Shown: one piece after another, positions 19,293 through 28,423 of the stretch
How the letters are laid out: each line of letters begins with the position of its first letter
Numbering within the stretch: the first letter of the stretch is position 1
NCBI GenBank assembly: GCA_964581255.1
Contig: CAZOMT010000033.1
Span: forward strand, 111,527-175,526
DNA from: an uncultured Thermodesulfatator sp.
GTDB taxonomy: Bacteria > Desulfobacterota > Dissulfuribacteria > Dissulfuribacterales > QOAL01
Direction of reading: 5' to 3'
Length of the DNA stretch: 64,000 bases
The notes under the pieces: model-generated
Told to the model about the DNA's origin: nothing
The model's input: only the letters and a program-made list of their open reading frames with translations
Databases searched by the model: none
Made by a program: the position numbers and the translations under genes

Positions 19293-20918
19293 CTAACGCA
19301 TCATATATTTTTGTTCATTTTTAGGGACCCACCACCTGATGAAATTATAGCTTATGCCTGCTGGAGCTGGCTTTATCCCGTGAAACCTTGCATGGACAAT
19401 TGGAAGGGCCATGGGTACATACAGAAAGGTATAGGGCTGATCCTCAGCCAGGATCTCCTGGATCTTGAAATAGATCTTTTTTCTCTTGTCCCTGTCAAAG
19501 GTCCTTCTTCCCTTGATGAGAAGGCGGTCCACCTCGGCATTCTTGTAACCGATGAAATTGAGCTCCTTTGGGCCGGTCTTGGATGAATGCCAGATATCGT
19601 AGATATCAGGGTCCTGGCCCAAGGTCCAGCCCAGGATTACCGCCTCGAAACGCCTCTTGTCTATGAAGTCGTTGATAAATGCCGTCCATTCTAGTTGCCT
19701 GATATTCATCTTTATCCCTATCTGGCCCAATCTGTACTGGATGATCTGGGCAGTCTTGTCCCTGAGGGAGTTGCCTTGATTGGTAAGGACGGTAAAGGAA
19801 AACGGGATACCGTTTCTGTCCAGTATGCCATCTCCATCAGTGTCCTGCCATCCGCATTCCTTCAAGAGGTGTTTGGCCCGTTTAGGGTCATAGGGATAAT
19901 GTTTCACATGGGGATTATAAAACCATGCATCTGGCTTGTAGGGGCCTGTGGCTTCCACCCCAAGGCCTAGAAGCACACCTCGGATGATTTCTTTCTTGTC
20001 GATGGCATATGATATTGCCTGTCTGACCCTTTTGTCCTTGAAGAATGGATGTTTCAGATTGTAACCAAGATATGTATATGAAAACGAAAGATATTTATAC
20101 TTTCTAAAATTTTTCTTGAAAAAGGGCGTATTGGTCTGCCGCTGGTACTGAACAGGAGACAGGCTCATCCAGTCGAGTCCGCCAGCCTTGAGCTCCATGA
20201 ACATGGTGGCAGGGTCTGGTATTATGCGCATGATAAAGCCGTCGAGATAGGGCCTTCCCTCGAAGTAGTCTGCATTGGCCACGAGTTCTATCCGCTCCTG
20301 GGTCTTCCAGAGCTTCAGTTTGTAAGGGCCGAGCCCTACAGGCTTGCGGGAAAGGGAGCTTTTGGTGATGTCTTTTCCCTGGAGGAGGTGCTTTGGCAAG
20401 ACCACTATGTCTCCCCATGAACTCAGCGCTGGTGCAAAGGGTTCTTTGTACGTAACCTTGAATGTGTAAGGATCTGGCGCCTCTGCCCTTTCCACTTCCA
20501 GAAAGTCGCCTGCATAGGCGGTCGGGGTTTTAGGGTCCACGATTGTATTGAAGCCAAAGAGCACGTCGGCGGAGGTGAAGGGAGCGCCATCTTGCCACTT
20601 GATCCCATGTTTCAGGTGAAAGGTTATGGTCTTGCCTTCATTGGTGATTGTCCACGACTCAGCAAGGTCTCCAACCAGGTTGAGGTCCTTGTCGTATTTC
20701 ACAAGGCCATTATAGATAAGACTGGCTATTTCATGAGATGTGGCATCAGAGGCCAACATGGGGATGAGATTCGAGGCATCCCCTATGGAGCCCGATATGA
20801 TGGCATCTCCATAGTCTGGGCCTTCACCTGATCGTGCAAACACGAAATCGACCGGGTTCAGGATGAGAATGGATAGGATGAGACAAACGGATATGGCTGG
20901 AATCTTTTTACAGGGCAT
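19293..20918 (-). CDS. ABC transporter substrate-binding protein, family 5 (peptide/nickel type)
   Basis: The 541-aa ORF has a signal peptide and SBP_bac_5-like blocks (GLVKYD..., WHLKHGIKWQDG, YNPxxAKxLL). Confidence 0.85.
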   Translation of the reverse strand: MPCKKIPAISVCLILSILILNPVDFVFARSGEGPDYGDAIISGSIGDASNLIPMLASDATSHEIASLIYNGLVKYDKDLNLVGDLAESWTITNEGKTITFHLKHGIKWQDGAPFTSADVLFGFNTIVDPKTPTAYAGDFLEVERAEAPDPYTFKVTYKEPFAPALSSWGDIVVLPKHLLQGKDITKSSLSRKPVGLGPYKLKLWKTQERIELVANADYFEGRPYLDGFIMRIIPDPATMFMELKAGGLDWMSLSPVQYQRQTNTPFFKKNFRKYKYLSFSYTYLGYNLKHPFFKDKRVRQAISYAIDKKEIIRGVLLGLGVEATGPYKPDAWFYNPHVKHYPYDPKRAKHLLKECGWQDTDGDGILDRNGIPFSFTVLTNQGNSLRDKTAQIIQYRLGQIGIKMNIRQLEWTAFINDFIDKRRFEAVILGWTLGQDPDIYDIWHSSKTGPKELNFIGYKNAEVDRLLIKGRRTFDRDKRKKIYFKIQEILAEDQPYTFLYVPMALPIVHARFHGIKPAPAGISYNFIRWWVPKNEQKYMMR

Positions 20919-21759
20919 CCCTTGCTGCTTTTAACGCCTCTACACAGGAATATGGTATGCGAAGGTTGCCCTTACCACGTCCGAGCTTGATATAGGGCTT
21001 GGCCTTGCCATGATAATCACTGCCTCCTGTGGCTACCAGGTCGTATTTTTTTGATATTTCAAGGCATGTTGCAGTGAAACCTTCATCATGTTCGCTGTAG
21101 TAACATTCTATGCCCATAAGTCCTTGTGCTTTCAAGCCTGAAACTATCTGTTCCAGTTCTTGTTTGTCTTTGGCCATGAGTGAGAAGGGATGCGCCAGAA
21201 CCGGAACCCCCTGGGCCTTTCTTACTGTCTCAATGGCTTCCTGGGGGCTCAATATGGATTTTGGCGCGTATGCGGGTCCGCCCTTTTTGAGATATTTATC
21301 AAATGCCTGGCCCACTGACTTCACATAACCCCTTTCAACGAGAAACCTGGCTATGTGAGGCCGGCCTATCTGTCCTCCAAGGGCGATTTCTTCTATTGCT
21401 TGCATTGTAATGGGAATGCCTAATGTCTGAAGCCTTTCTATAATCCTGGGGTTTCGATCAGCCCTGGCCTTTTGAACCCTTTTTAAAACCTCATGAAGTG
21501 CATCTGAGCCTTCATTGATGAAATAACCCAAGAGGTGCATGTTCCCCTTGGGAAAAGATACGCTAAGCTCCACCCCTGGAATGAATTCCATGTCTTCCCG
21601 TTTGGCTGTCTGCCTGCCCATTGGAAGGCCCGCTGTGGTGTCATGATCGGTAATCGAGATTGCCGAAAGACCTGCCTTTTTCGCCAGGACAATAAGCTCC
21701 TCAGGTGTGTCGGAGCCATCCGAAGCAGTGGTATGGGTGTGGAGATCACATAGTTTCAT
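20908..21759 (-). CDS. PHP-domain metal-dependent phosphoesterase (TrpH/YciV-like)
   Basis: The N-terminal CDLHTHTTASDGS motif, ITDHD, and a C-terminal GGSDYHG are all present. The 3' end overlaps the SBP start by 11 nt. Confidence 0.8.
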   Translation of the reverse strand: MKLCDLHTHTTASDGSDTPEELIVLAKKAGLSAISITDHDTTAGLPMGRQTAKREDMEFIPGVELSVSFPKGNMHLLGYFINEGSDALHEVLKRVQKARADRNPRIIERLQTLGIPITMQAIEEIALGGQIGRPHIARFLVERGYVKSVGQAFDKYLKKGGPAYAPKSILSPQEAIETVRKAQGVPVLAHPFSLMAKDKQELEQIVSGLKAQGLMGIECYYSEHDEGFTATCLEISKKYDLVATGGSDYHGKAKPYIKLGRGKGNLRIPYSCVEALKAARDAL

Positions 21760-21775
21760 TATTGTTTTTTTCTTC

Positions 21776-23668
21776 CTACGGTTTTCTCAAGATCTCTATC
21801 CTGGCCTTTTCCCTTTGGTGTTTGAGCCAGTCAGAGAAACATGTCTGGGCCTTCCACTGTCTTACCCTTTGTTTTATTTCCCCTTTCTTTTTGGCAAAGG
21901 CCTTCATGTCGGCATCATCCTTTGTCCCTTTTAGATGGAGGACGAAGAAAGACCTGCCATAAGAAGAGATCTTTTCAGGGAAAGGCTTCGCCTTGTAAAG
22001 AGAAAGGGCATCCTTGACCACAGGCTCTGGCAACTTGCCCCGTGCCGCTATATCTGTCCTCTTGAAGAAGCCCGTATCTTCCATCTTTAGACCAAAGTGT
22101 TTGGCCGCCTCTTCGAAACCCTTCTTTTTGGCCATATCGAGAATGTTTTCCGCCTTTTTTCTGCACAGCTCCAATGAGGCATCCTGGATATATGCATTTT
22201 TGACCTTGTCTTTTACTTCCTTGAAGGCAGGGATGTAAGGGGCCTTTTTGTCAACGACTTCTGCAATGAGCACACCTTTGGGAACCTCAAGTAAGGAGCT
22301 CAATTCCCCTTTGCCTAAGGAGAATACAGCCCCCAACACTTGGGGGTTGTATCCGAGAATGGGAGCCGGATGGCTGCGCGGGAAAAATCCAGTCACTTCA
22401 ATGGTCTTGTTGGCACTTTTTGCATAGCCTTCTAGGCTTCCAAGCTCGATGATGGTGTCATACGCCTTATTGGCCTGATCCCAAAGAAGCTTTTCCACCT
22501 TTTTGGCCTTGATCTTTCTTTCAATGAGCTTTCGTACTTCCTTGAGGCTTTTGTCCCTGGCAGGTTTGATCTTTTCGAGTTTGATTATGTGAAAGCCAAA
22601 TCTCGTCTTGACAGGCTCACTGACTTCACCTTCCTTCATGGAAAACACCTTTTCGTCAAAGGGTTTTACCATCACGCCCTTTTTAAAAAATCCCAGCTCT
22701 CCCCCCTTTTGGGCTGTGGCAGGGTCTTGGGAATACTTCTTTGCAAGGGCGGCAAAGGATTCCCCAGCCTTGATCCTTTTGGCAATAGATAAGGCCTTTT
22801 GCCTTATTTCTGCTGTCTTGGTGGCATTGGCATCTGTGGGCACCTTTAGGAGTATATGGCTGGCCTTTCTCATCTCAGGAACATGGAATTCTGCCTGATG
22901 CTCTTGGAAATAGCTATTTATCTCGGCATCTGTGGCATTTACTCCCTTTTCAAGGTCTTTTCTGTCAAAAAGGACATAGCGGAGCTTTATCTGTGGATCT
23001 GTCTTGAATTCCTCTTTGTGGGCCTGGAACCACTCTTTCAGTTTGGCATCTGTGGCGTTTACAGAAGGTACACAATCTGATGCGTTTATCTTTATAAATT
23101 CGATGTCGATTTCTGCGTTGTCATATTTGTAATGTTGAATGGCTTCGGAATCTGGAACGAACACACCTGCAGTCAGCAAGGCTTGGACCTTTCTGAGATA
23201 CATCTCCTTCCGGACGTTTTCTTCGAAATCGACAGGCTTCAAACCGGCATTCCTGAGTGCAGCCTGATAAAGGCGTTGATTAAAGATGCCATCTTGCTTG
23301 AACGCTGGAATACTCAGTATGACCTGTTGGATCTCCTTGTCGGTTACGAGCACCCCCATCTTGTCTGCTGCTTGTTCTATGAGTTTGCTGTCTATGAGTT
23401 GGTCGAGAACTTGTTGTTTCAGGTTCATCTGCTTGAGGATACTCTCTGGTAGGGATCCCCCATACATCTTGCGGAGCCTTTCAACCGTATTGTTGTAGGC
23501 CTTTTGGTAATCTTCCACCAGGATCTTTTGGCCATTTACCTTCGCCATGATGTCCAGGCGTTGGGATCTGAATGTTCCCACTCCCCAAAATATGAAGACC
23601 ACGACAATGGCCCCCAGAATAAATTTCATCAACCAGGACGCTGCATTTTTCCTTATTATGTCCAACAT
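21776..23668 (-). CDS. ppiD: Periplasmic chaperone / peptidyl-prolyl isomerase PpiD
   Basis: The 630-aa ORF has an N-terminal membrane anchor, a SurA-N-like region, and a parvulin domain (ASHILLKV...GELGFF...FGFHIIKLE). Confidence 0.82.
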   Translation of the reverse strand: MLDIIRKNAASWLMKFILGAIVVVFIFWGVGTFRSQRLDIMAKVNGQKILVEDYQKAYNNTVERLRKMYGGSLPESILKQMNLKQQVLDQLIDSKLIEQAADKMGVLVTDKEIQQVILSIPAFKQDGIFNQRLYQAALRNAGLKPVDFEENVRKEMYLRKVQALLTAGVFVPDSEAIQHYKYDNAEIDIEFIKINASDCVPSVNATDAKLKEWFQAHKEEFKTDPQIKLRYVLFDRKDLEKGVNATDAEINSYFQEHQAEFHVPEMRKASHILLKVPTDANATKTAEIRQKALSIAKRIKAGESFAALAKKYSQDPATAQKGGELGFFKKGVMVKPFDEKVFSMKEGEVSEPVKTRFGFHIIKLEKIKPARDKSLKEVRKLIERKIKAKKVEKLLWDQANKAYDTIIELGSLEGYAKSANKTIEVTGFFPRSHPAPILGYNPQVLGAVFSLGKGELSSLLEVPKGVLIAEVVDKKAPYIPAFKEVKDKVKNAYIQDASLELCRKKAENILDMAKKKGFEEAAKHFGLKMEDTGFFKRTDIAARGKLPEPVVKDALSLYKAKPFPEKISSYGRSFFVLHLKGTKDDADMKAFAKKKGEIKQRVRQWKAQTCFSDWLKHQREKARIEILRKP

Positions 23669-23930
23669 CGTTCCGGGATTTCTCCTCTCGTTGTAAAGAT
23701 TTTCAGCAGGGTGCGGCTTGACTGGGCCGGACCAGAGCCTTCAAATAGCAATTCTTGCCGTCTTTCTATAAGACAATAGGAAACGCACTTGTTTCAAATT
23801 GCCTGTAGGATGCCTTTTAGTTCAGATAATGTCAAGAAAGTCCTTTTTTAATCCAGATAACTGGAGTATTGAGTGGCCCGACGACCAACAGCCCTTATGG
23901 TTCTGTCATAGTGAAGGGGGCGAGCCCATG

Positions 23931-24935
23931 TCAGAATCTCCACTCGTCAAGCTCACTGTCTGTGGCAGGCTCTCCAATATTTATGATCCTTTTAGGCCCC
24001 CCATCAATCCTTTGAACCAAAACCTTGAACTGTCCTTTGTCTTGGAGCTTTTTGGAATATCTCGCACAGATACGGCCAGCGATCTCTACCGCCTTGTCTG
24101 AACAGGAGTAGCGGACTATACAAATGGGGCCTGGCACCTCTTTGGGCCGGACCAACAGGTCCCCTGGCAAGGCGAGCCGTTCAAGCTTCATGTTTTCCGC
24201 CTGGTTCCTGCCCACCATGACCCAGCCTGTTTCTTCTATTAAGAAATGTCTGCCTGTCTGGGCGGAGATGCAATCCGTCTTTGAAAAATCTGGCCACGTC
24301 TCAAAGATCCTTTTGAATCTCCGTGAGAGTATAGGGTCAGCCAATACGCAGCCACCTGCAGGAGCAGGATAATCCGTTATCTTGAATCTTTTTGCAAGGG
24401 TCATTTGCAGCTTCCGGCTCCTGCCTGAAATGGCAGGCAAAAGGTCTCTGTTCACCAAGCCCTCTTTTTCCATAGGGGTTTCAGGGAGAAATCTTGCCGA
24501 AAGGGGTCTCAGCAGCTTGCCCTGGGCACCGCTGTCTCTTTCTATTATCCAGAGGGTGTCCTTCCTTTGGGACATGGGGCGCTGGCCCAGCACCTCTCCT
24601 GTGGCAATAAATGATGCCTCAAATTCCTTCATGAGAGAAAGGGCCTTTTTGACCATTAGGATCTTGCAGTCGATGCACGGGTTCAGGTAACGTCCGTATC
24701 CATGGGGAGGATTTACCACCATCCTGAGGTATTCATCCGAAAGGTCCACGAGGTATAGCTCAATACCATATTTTTGCCTGACCTTCTCGATATGTCCCTT
24801 TCTCTTTAACTCAAATCCGAAAAAAGGGGATGTGAACTGGATGGCAACAGGCCGTATACCCTGTTCCTCTATGACCTTGCATGCAAGGATGCTGTCAAGT
24901 CCGCCGGAGTACAGTATCAAGCAGTTCGTTCGCAT
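23931..24935 (-). CDS. PP-loop ATP pyrophosphatase (ThiI/MnmA-like tRNA thiolation family, exact family unresolved)
   Basis: The SGGLDS PP-loop lies near the N-terminus (MRTNCLILYSGGLDS), followed by NPCIDCK and ATGEVLGQRPMSQ blocks. The latest possible Met before the PP-loop is at 24935. The track ORF start is 24965. Confidence 0.6.
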   Translation of the reverse strand: MRTNCLILYSGGLDSILACKVIEEQGIRPVAIQFTSPFFGFELKRKGHIEKVRQKYGIELYLVDLSDEYLRMVVNPPHGYGRYLNPCIDCKILMVKKALSLMKEFEASFIATGEVLGQRPMSQRKDTLWIIERDSGAQGKLLRPLSARFLPETPMEKEGLVNRDLLPAISGRSRKLQMTLAKRFKITDYPAPAGGCVLADPILSRRFKRIFETWPDFSKTDCISAQTGRHFLIEETGWVMVGRNQAENMKLERLALPGDLLVRPKEVPGPICIVRYSCSDKAVEIAGRICARYSKKLQDKGQFKVLVQRIDGGPKRIINIGEPATDSELDEWRF

Positions 24936-26568
24936 ATCTTTTGGCTGTTTCCGTTTCTCCACCAAGCATTCTTACTATCTCATCAAGGCGTTCTTTGGGT
25001 GAAAGCTCCCTTATTTCACTGATAGTAGCACCGTGTCTGTCTTGTTTTTCCACGACGAGGTGTCTTTCTCCCATGGCAGCTATTTGAGGAAAGTGGGTGA
25101 TGGCTATAACCTGATGGGTTTTACCCATTTTTTTAAGCTTTCTGCCCACGTTTTCAGCTACTTCTCCACCTAATCCAGTATCTATCTCATCGAAAACGAG
25201 TGTTTCTTCTATTTCCTGCTTCCCTCCGATGCTTTTAAGCGCAAGGAGTATGCGGGAAAGCTCTCCTCCAGATGCCACCAGGGCGAGAGGCCTGAGAGGT
25301 TGGCCAGGATTGGCCGAAAACGCAAATTCCACCTGGTCTGCCCCACGGCGGGATACTGATTCTGCGCTTATTTCCAAAGGGCAGGTGAGCCGTACCTTAA
25401 ACCTGGCCCTTTGAAGGTCCAGTGATGACAATTCTTGGGCAACAGCCTCTTCCATGGCCTTGCAGAGACGTTTTCTCTTTGTGCTCAGTTCCTTGGCTGC
25501 CTTACAGAGTTTTTCATCAGCCTTTTTTAGCCTCTCAAACACGTGCTCCATCTCATGTTCCAGGTGTTGATACCTGTCGAGTTCCTTTTCTAAGGCTTGT
25601 CTGTGGGCCAGCACATCAGAGATTTCAGGTCCGAATCTCTTCTTCAGGCCTTGGAGTTTGAAGAGCCGTTCTTCAATGCTGTCGAGTTTGACGATGTCTG
25701 ATGGCAGAGCATGAAGGTAGTCCCTGATGGACATGGCTATGTCGTCCGCCTGAAAGCTTATGGCTTCCAGTAATTCCCTGAGTGGCTCAAGGCCTGGGTC
25801 TAGCTCCACCATTTTGGACATGGAGATCCTACAGTTTGACAGTTCTTCCGTGACGCTGCCCTGGGCTCCGTATAGCCTCTGATAAATTTCATCTCCGAGT
25901 TCCCGGAGTTTGCTGGAAGAGCGCAGAAGTGACCGTTCTTTTTCCAGTTTATGCTCTTCGTCTTCCTTGGGGTCTACGTCATCTATCAACTTGATTTGCC
26001 ACTTGATTCTCTCTATTTCATCCTCTCTTTGGTCGTATTGCTTCTGGAGCTCCTGGGCCTTCTTTCTCAGTCTTGCCGCATCATTGTAGAGCCTTGCCAA
26101 TTTTATTCGGTCCCTATGAAGATTTCCAAAGTCGTCCAGCATCTCCAACTGCCTTTCTTTCTTCAAGAGATTTTGAAATTCATGCTGGCTTGCGATATTC
26201 AAAAGGCGTGTGGCAACGTCTCGCAGCTGCTGAAGAGTAGTGAGATTGCCATTCAGGTATACCCTGCTCTTTCCTTTTGAATGAATAACCCTTCTTATGA
26301 CCAACTCACCTTGAATTTCCAGGCCTAAATCACCAAGTGCCTTTTCCAGATCGGCAGAGATCTCAAAAAGGGCCTGAATTGTGGCATATTCTGCGCCAGG
26401 TCTGACGACCGATGTGTCTGCACGGGCTCCAAGTAAGAGTTTCAGCGCCTTTACCAACAGTGATTTACCTGCGCCTGTGGCACCTGTTATCACAGTAAAT
26501 CCAGAATCAAAAGCAAAGGCCGCGCGTTCCATTAGGATGAAATTTTCCAATATAAGTTCTGCAAGCAT
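24895..26568 (-). CDS. recN: DNA repair protein RecN
   Basis: The 557-aa ORF has Walker A GATGAGKS, a long central coiled coil, the SMC-like signature SGGELSRI, and Walker B LVFDEID. Confidence 0.92.
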   Translation of the reverse strand: MLAELILENFILMERAAFAFDSGFTVITGATGAGKSLLVKALKLLLGARADTSVVRPGAEYATIQALFEISADLEKALGDLGLEIQGELVIRRVIHSKGKSRVYLNGNLTTLQQLRDVATRLLNIASQHEFQNLLKKERQLEMLDDFGNLHRDRIKLARLYNDAARLRKKAQELQKQYDQREDEIERIKWQIKLIDDVDPKEDEEHKLEKERSLLRSSSKLRELGDEIYQRLYGAQGSVTEELSNCRISMSKMVELDPGLEPLRELLEAISFQADDIAMSIRDYLHALPSDIVKLDSIEERLFKLQGLKKRFGPEISDVLAHRQALEKELDRYQHLEHEMEHVFERLKKADEKLCKAAKELSTKRKRLCKAMEEAVAQELSSLDLQRARFKVRLTCPLEISAESVSRRGADQVEFAFSANPGQPLRPLALVASGGELSRILLALKSIGGKQEIEETLVFDEIDTGLGGEVAENVGRKLKKMGKTHQVIAITHFPQIAAMGERHLVVEKQDRHGATISEIRELSPKERLDEIVRMLGGETETAKRYANELLDTVLRRT

Positions 26569-26794
26569 GGAGGTTGTATTTCTTCTATATCAATGACATC
26601 CCGAGGGCCATTTCTCGAATGTAACGAAACCAATGGGGTAATAGATCAAGCCATGTGGATACCATTCAAGATATTATGACAAATCCCTAAAGTCCACAAA
26701 TGCTTCGGTACAATATGATGGATTCTAAGTAAGAGAGGGTCAAGGGGATGGGAGTAGGCGTGATGGCCTCAACGCCATTCTAAAGGAAAGACTA

Positions 26795-26823
26795 GGGTGC
26801 CTCTTGGAGAGGCACCCCTTTTT
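26795..26823 (+). terminator. Strong hairpin plus T-run on the + strand with no annotated + strand gene upstream
   Basis: A perfect 10-bp stem, GGGTGCCTCT (26795-26804) with AGAGGCACCC (26808-26817), has a 3-nt loop and is followed by CTTTTTC. On the minus strand it is followed by a weaker U-rich tract (UAGUCUUUCCUUU). It could therefore also end the NrfD-like gene. Confidence 0.55.
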
Positions 26824-26890
26824 CGATGCGATAGAGGAGCTGTTTACACTTGATCGTGGAGACAGGTCCTATGTAAGGTCAGGTTAAGGG

Positions 26891-28069
26891 CTAATGCTCG
26901 CTTAATGAAAAGGCCTTTCCAAAAAAACGTTCACCAAGCAGGAAACCTCCAAGGGTCAAGCAGATGCAACCAAAGACCACGAAGAATTCTGCCGGTGACG
27001 GAGTATATGGCATAAAGACCGGTAAGTTGTCCCAACCGTAGAAAACTGGTACAGACTGGCCTACCACCACCAGGTCGAAACGCTGGAAAAAGCCTCCAAT
27101 AAGCGCCAAAAGGGAAGCGGCCGACATGGCAGCCACATTGTTGACTTGTGTTCCCACGAGAAGCAGCAGAGGTATCACGATGCCGATGACAGTCTCAAAT
27201 ACCCAGAAGTTTGTGGACAAGGGGCCCTTGATAAGGTTTAAGGCTGCCAGCTTGGCTGCTCCTCCTCCAGTGAACATGATGATGAGTTTCCATGTGGTTG
27301 CTATGGCAATAAGAAAAAGCGTGAGTGCAAGGACCTTTGCAACTGTTCTAAGAGCCACAAAGTTTTTCTTGTCCATTTCTTCGCCGCGAATCATGTAGGC
27401 GATATGGGTGAACAGGATTATACAGGCTGCACCACTCATGACAGCTGAACAAAGGAAGAATACAGGCAACTGTGCGCCGTACCAGAAGGGCCTTGACGCA
27501 AGGGTTCCAAAGACTGCTCCCAGGTTGGAATTTGCCCCCACTTCGGCAAGTGCGCCAAGCACGCCTACATATAGGGCCATGCGCCATTTCTGAGTCAGGA
27601 TTCCGTAAAATTCCACAAGCATACATCCAACTGCAGCGCCATAAAGGGTTCCCATCCACCAGATGTTGGATGTAAGATTGGGTGAAATAATGTTATAGAT
27701 TAGCATCCTGTGAGGGCTTTCAAGTTCAACCCCAATGGACAAAAAGGCGGAAAATATCGTGATTATCGACAGGTACACAGCCCTGTTTGCGACTGGTGCC
27801 ATGGGATTGCCACCAAACGCATGGCTGATGGCCGCAATGAGAACCAGTCCAGTGGATATTATGGCAAAAGAGGCATAGTTGGAAATCAGTATGCCCCACG
27901 GTACCTCCCTGGTCACTCCGTAGATATGTTCATGGCCGTAGATAAAGCCGTAGACGCCAAGGGCAAGGACCCCGGCGACGACTGCTAGAAAGGCCACACC
28001 TAGGAGCACCATACCGGTGTTTACGCGTGGCTCTATCCAAGCTGTCAGTGCTTCCATTGCATTTGACAT
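26891..28069 (-). CDS. NrfD/PsrC-family polytopic membrane protein (quinone-interacting subunit type)
   Basis: The 392-aa ORF has about 10 TM segments. Its N-terminal region (VPWGILISNYASFAIISTGLVLIAAISHAFG) resembles NrfD/DmsC-like proteins. No FeS or catalytic partner gene is adjacent. Confidence 0.55.
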   Translation of the reverse strand: MSNAMEALTAWIEPRVNTGMVLLGVAFLAVVAGVLALGVYGFIYGHEHIYGVTREVPWGILISNYASFAIISTGLVLIAAISHAFGGNPMAPVANRAVYLSIITIFSAFLSIGVELESPHRMLIYNIISPNLTSNIWWMGTLYGAAVGCMLVEFYGILTQKWRMALYVGVLGALAEVGANSNLGAVFGTLASRPFWYGAQLPVFFLCSAVMSGAACIILFTHIAYMIRGEEMDKKNFVALRTVAKVLALTLFLIAIATTWKLIIMFTGGGAAKLAALNLIKGPLSTNFWVFETVIGIVIPLLLLVGTQVNNVAAMSAASLLALIGGFFQRFDLVVVGQSVPVFYGWDNLPVFMPYTPSPAEFFVVFGCICLTLGGFLLGERFFGKAFSLSEH

Positions 28070-28151
28070 GATCTATTCCTCCTTCTCCTGAATGAAAAAT
28101 ACGTAAGCTGTATACTTATACCTTTTTTCGCAATCATTTTCAAACATTTTC

Positions 28152-28167
28152 CTGAATTGTCATTCAG
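28152..28167. promoter_or_regulatory. Perfect 6-4-6 palindrome upstream of the NrfD-like gene (candidate operator)
   Basis: CTGAAT-TGTC-ATTCAG lies about 85-100 nt upstream of the start at 28069. Its geometry resembles CRP/FNR-family sites, but the sequence does not match any consensus I can name. Confidence 0.3.
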
Positions 28168-28347
28168 AAAATTCATCATAAAACTCGCAAGATAACGTTA
28201 ATGATGAAATTTTTCTCTTGCTTATAAACTGAATAACTGCTGCAAAATCAGGATCATGGTGAAAATAATCACAGAAAATGGATGCAAGCTCGAACATCAA
28301 AGGGAAAGGTGGATGCAGGCAGAAAAGGGTTTGTACGTGCCTATCTT

Positions 28348-28381
28348 GAAAAAGAGAAAAGGGAGCCTGAAGGCCCCCTTT
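28348..28381 (-). terminator. Intrinsic terminator after the AOR gene
   Basis: The hairpin AAAGGGAGCC-TGAA-GGCCCCCTTT (28358-28381) has one mismatch. On the minus strand it is followed by UUUUCUCUUUUUC. Confidence 0.6.
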
Positions 28382-28423
28382 ATTTTTTTATGTGGGTTTA
28401 CAAGGGTTGTTCCATGGTTATTA

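Noticed and set aside
26569-26700. A LexA/SOS box upstream of recN.
   Set aside because: I found no palindrome of the CTGT-N8-ACAG or GAAC-N4-GTTC type. The cgaatgtaacgaaac stretch is not palindromic.
28080-28260. A possible extra copy of the dispersed repeat (gaaaattcatcataaaact..., gaataactgctgcaaaatc).
   Set aside because: The similarity is limited to short AT-rich strings and the core ttcctgatattttgagg block is absent. This could be chance.
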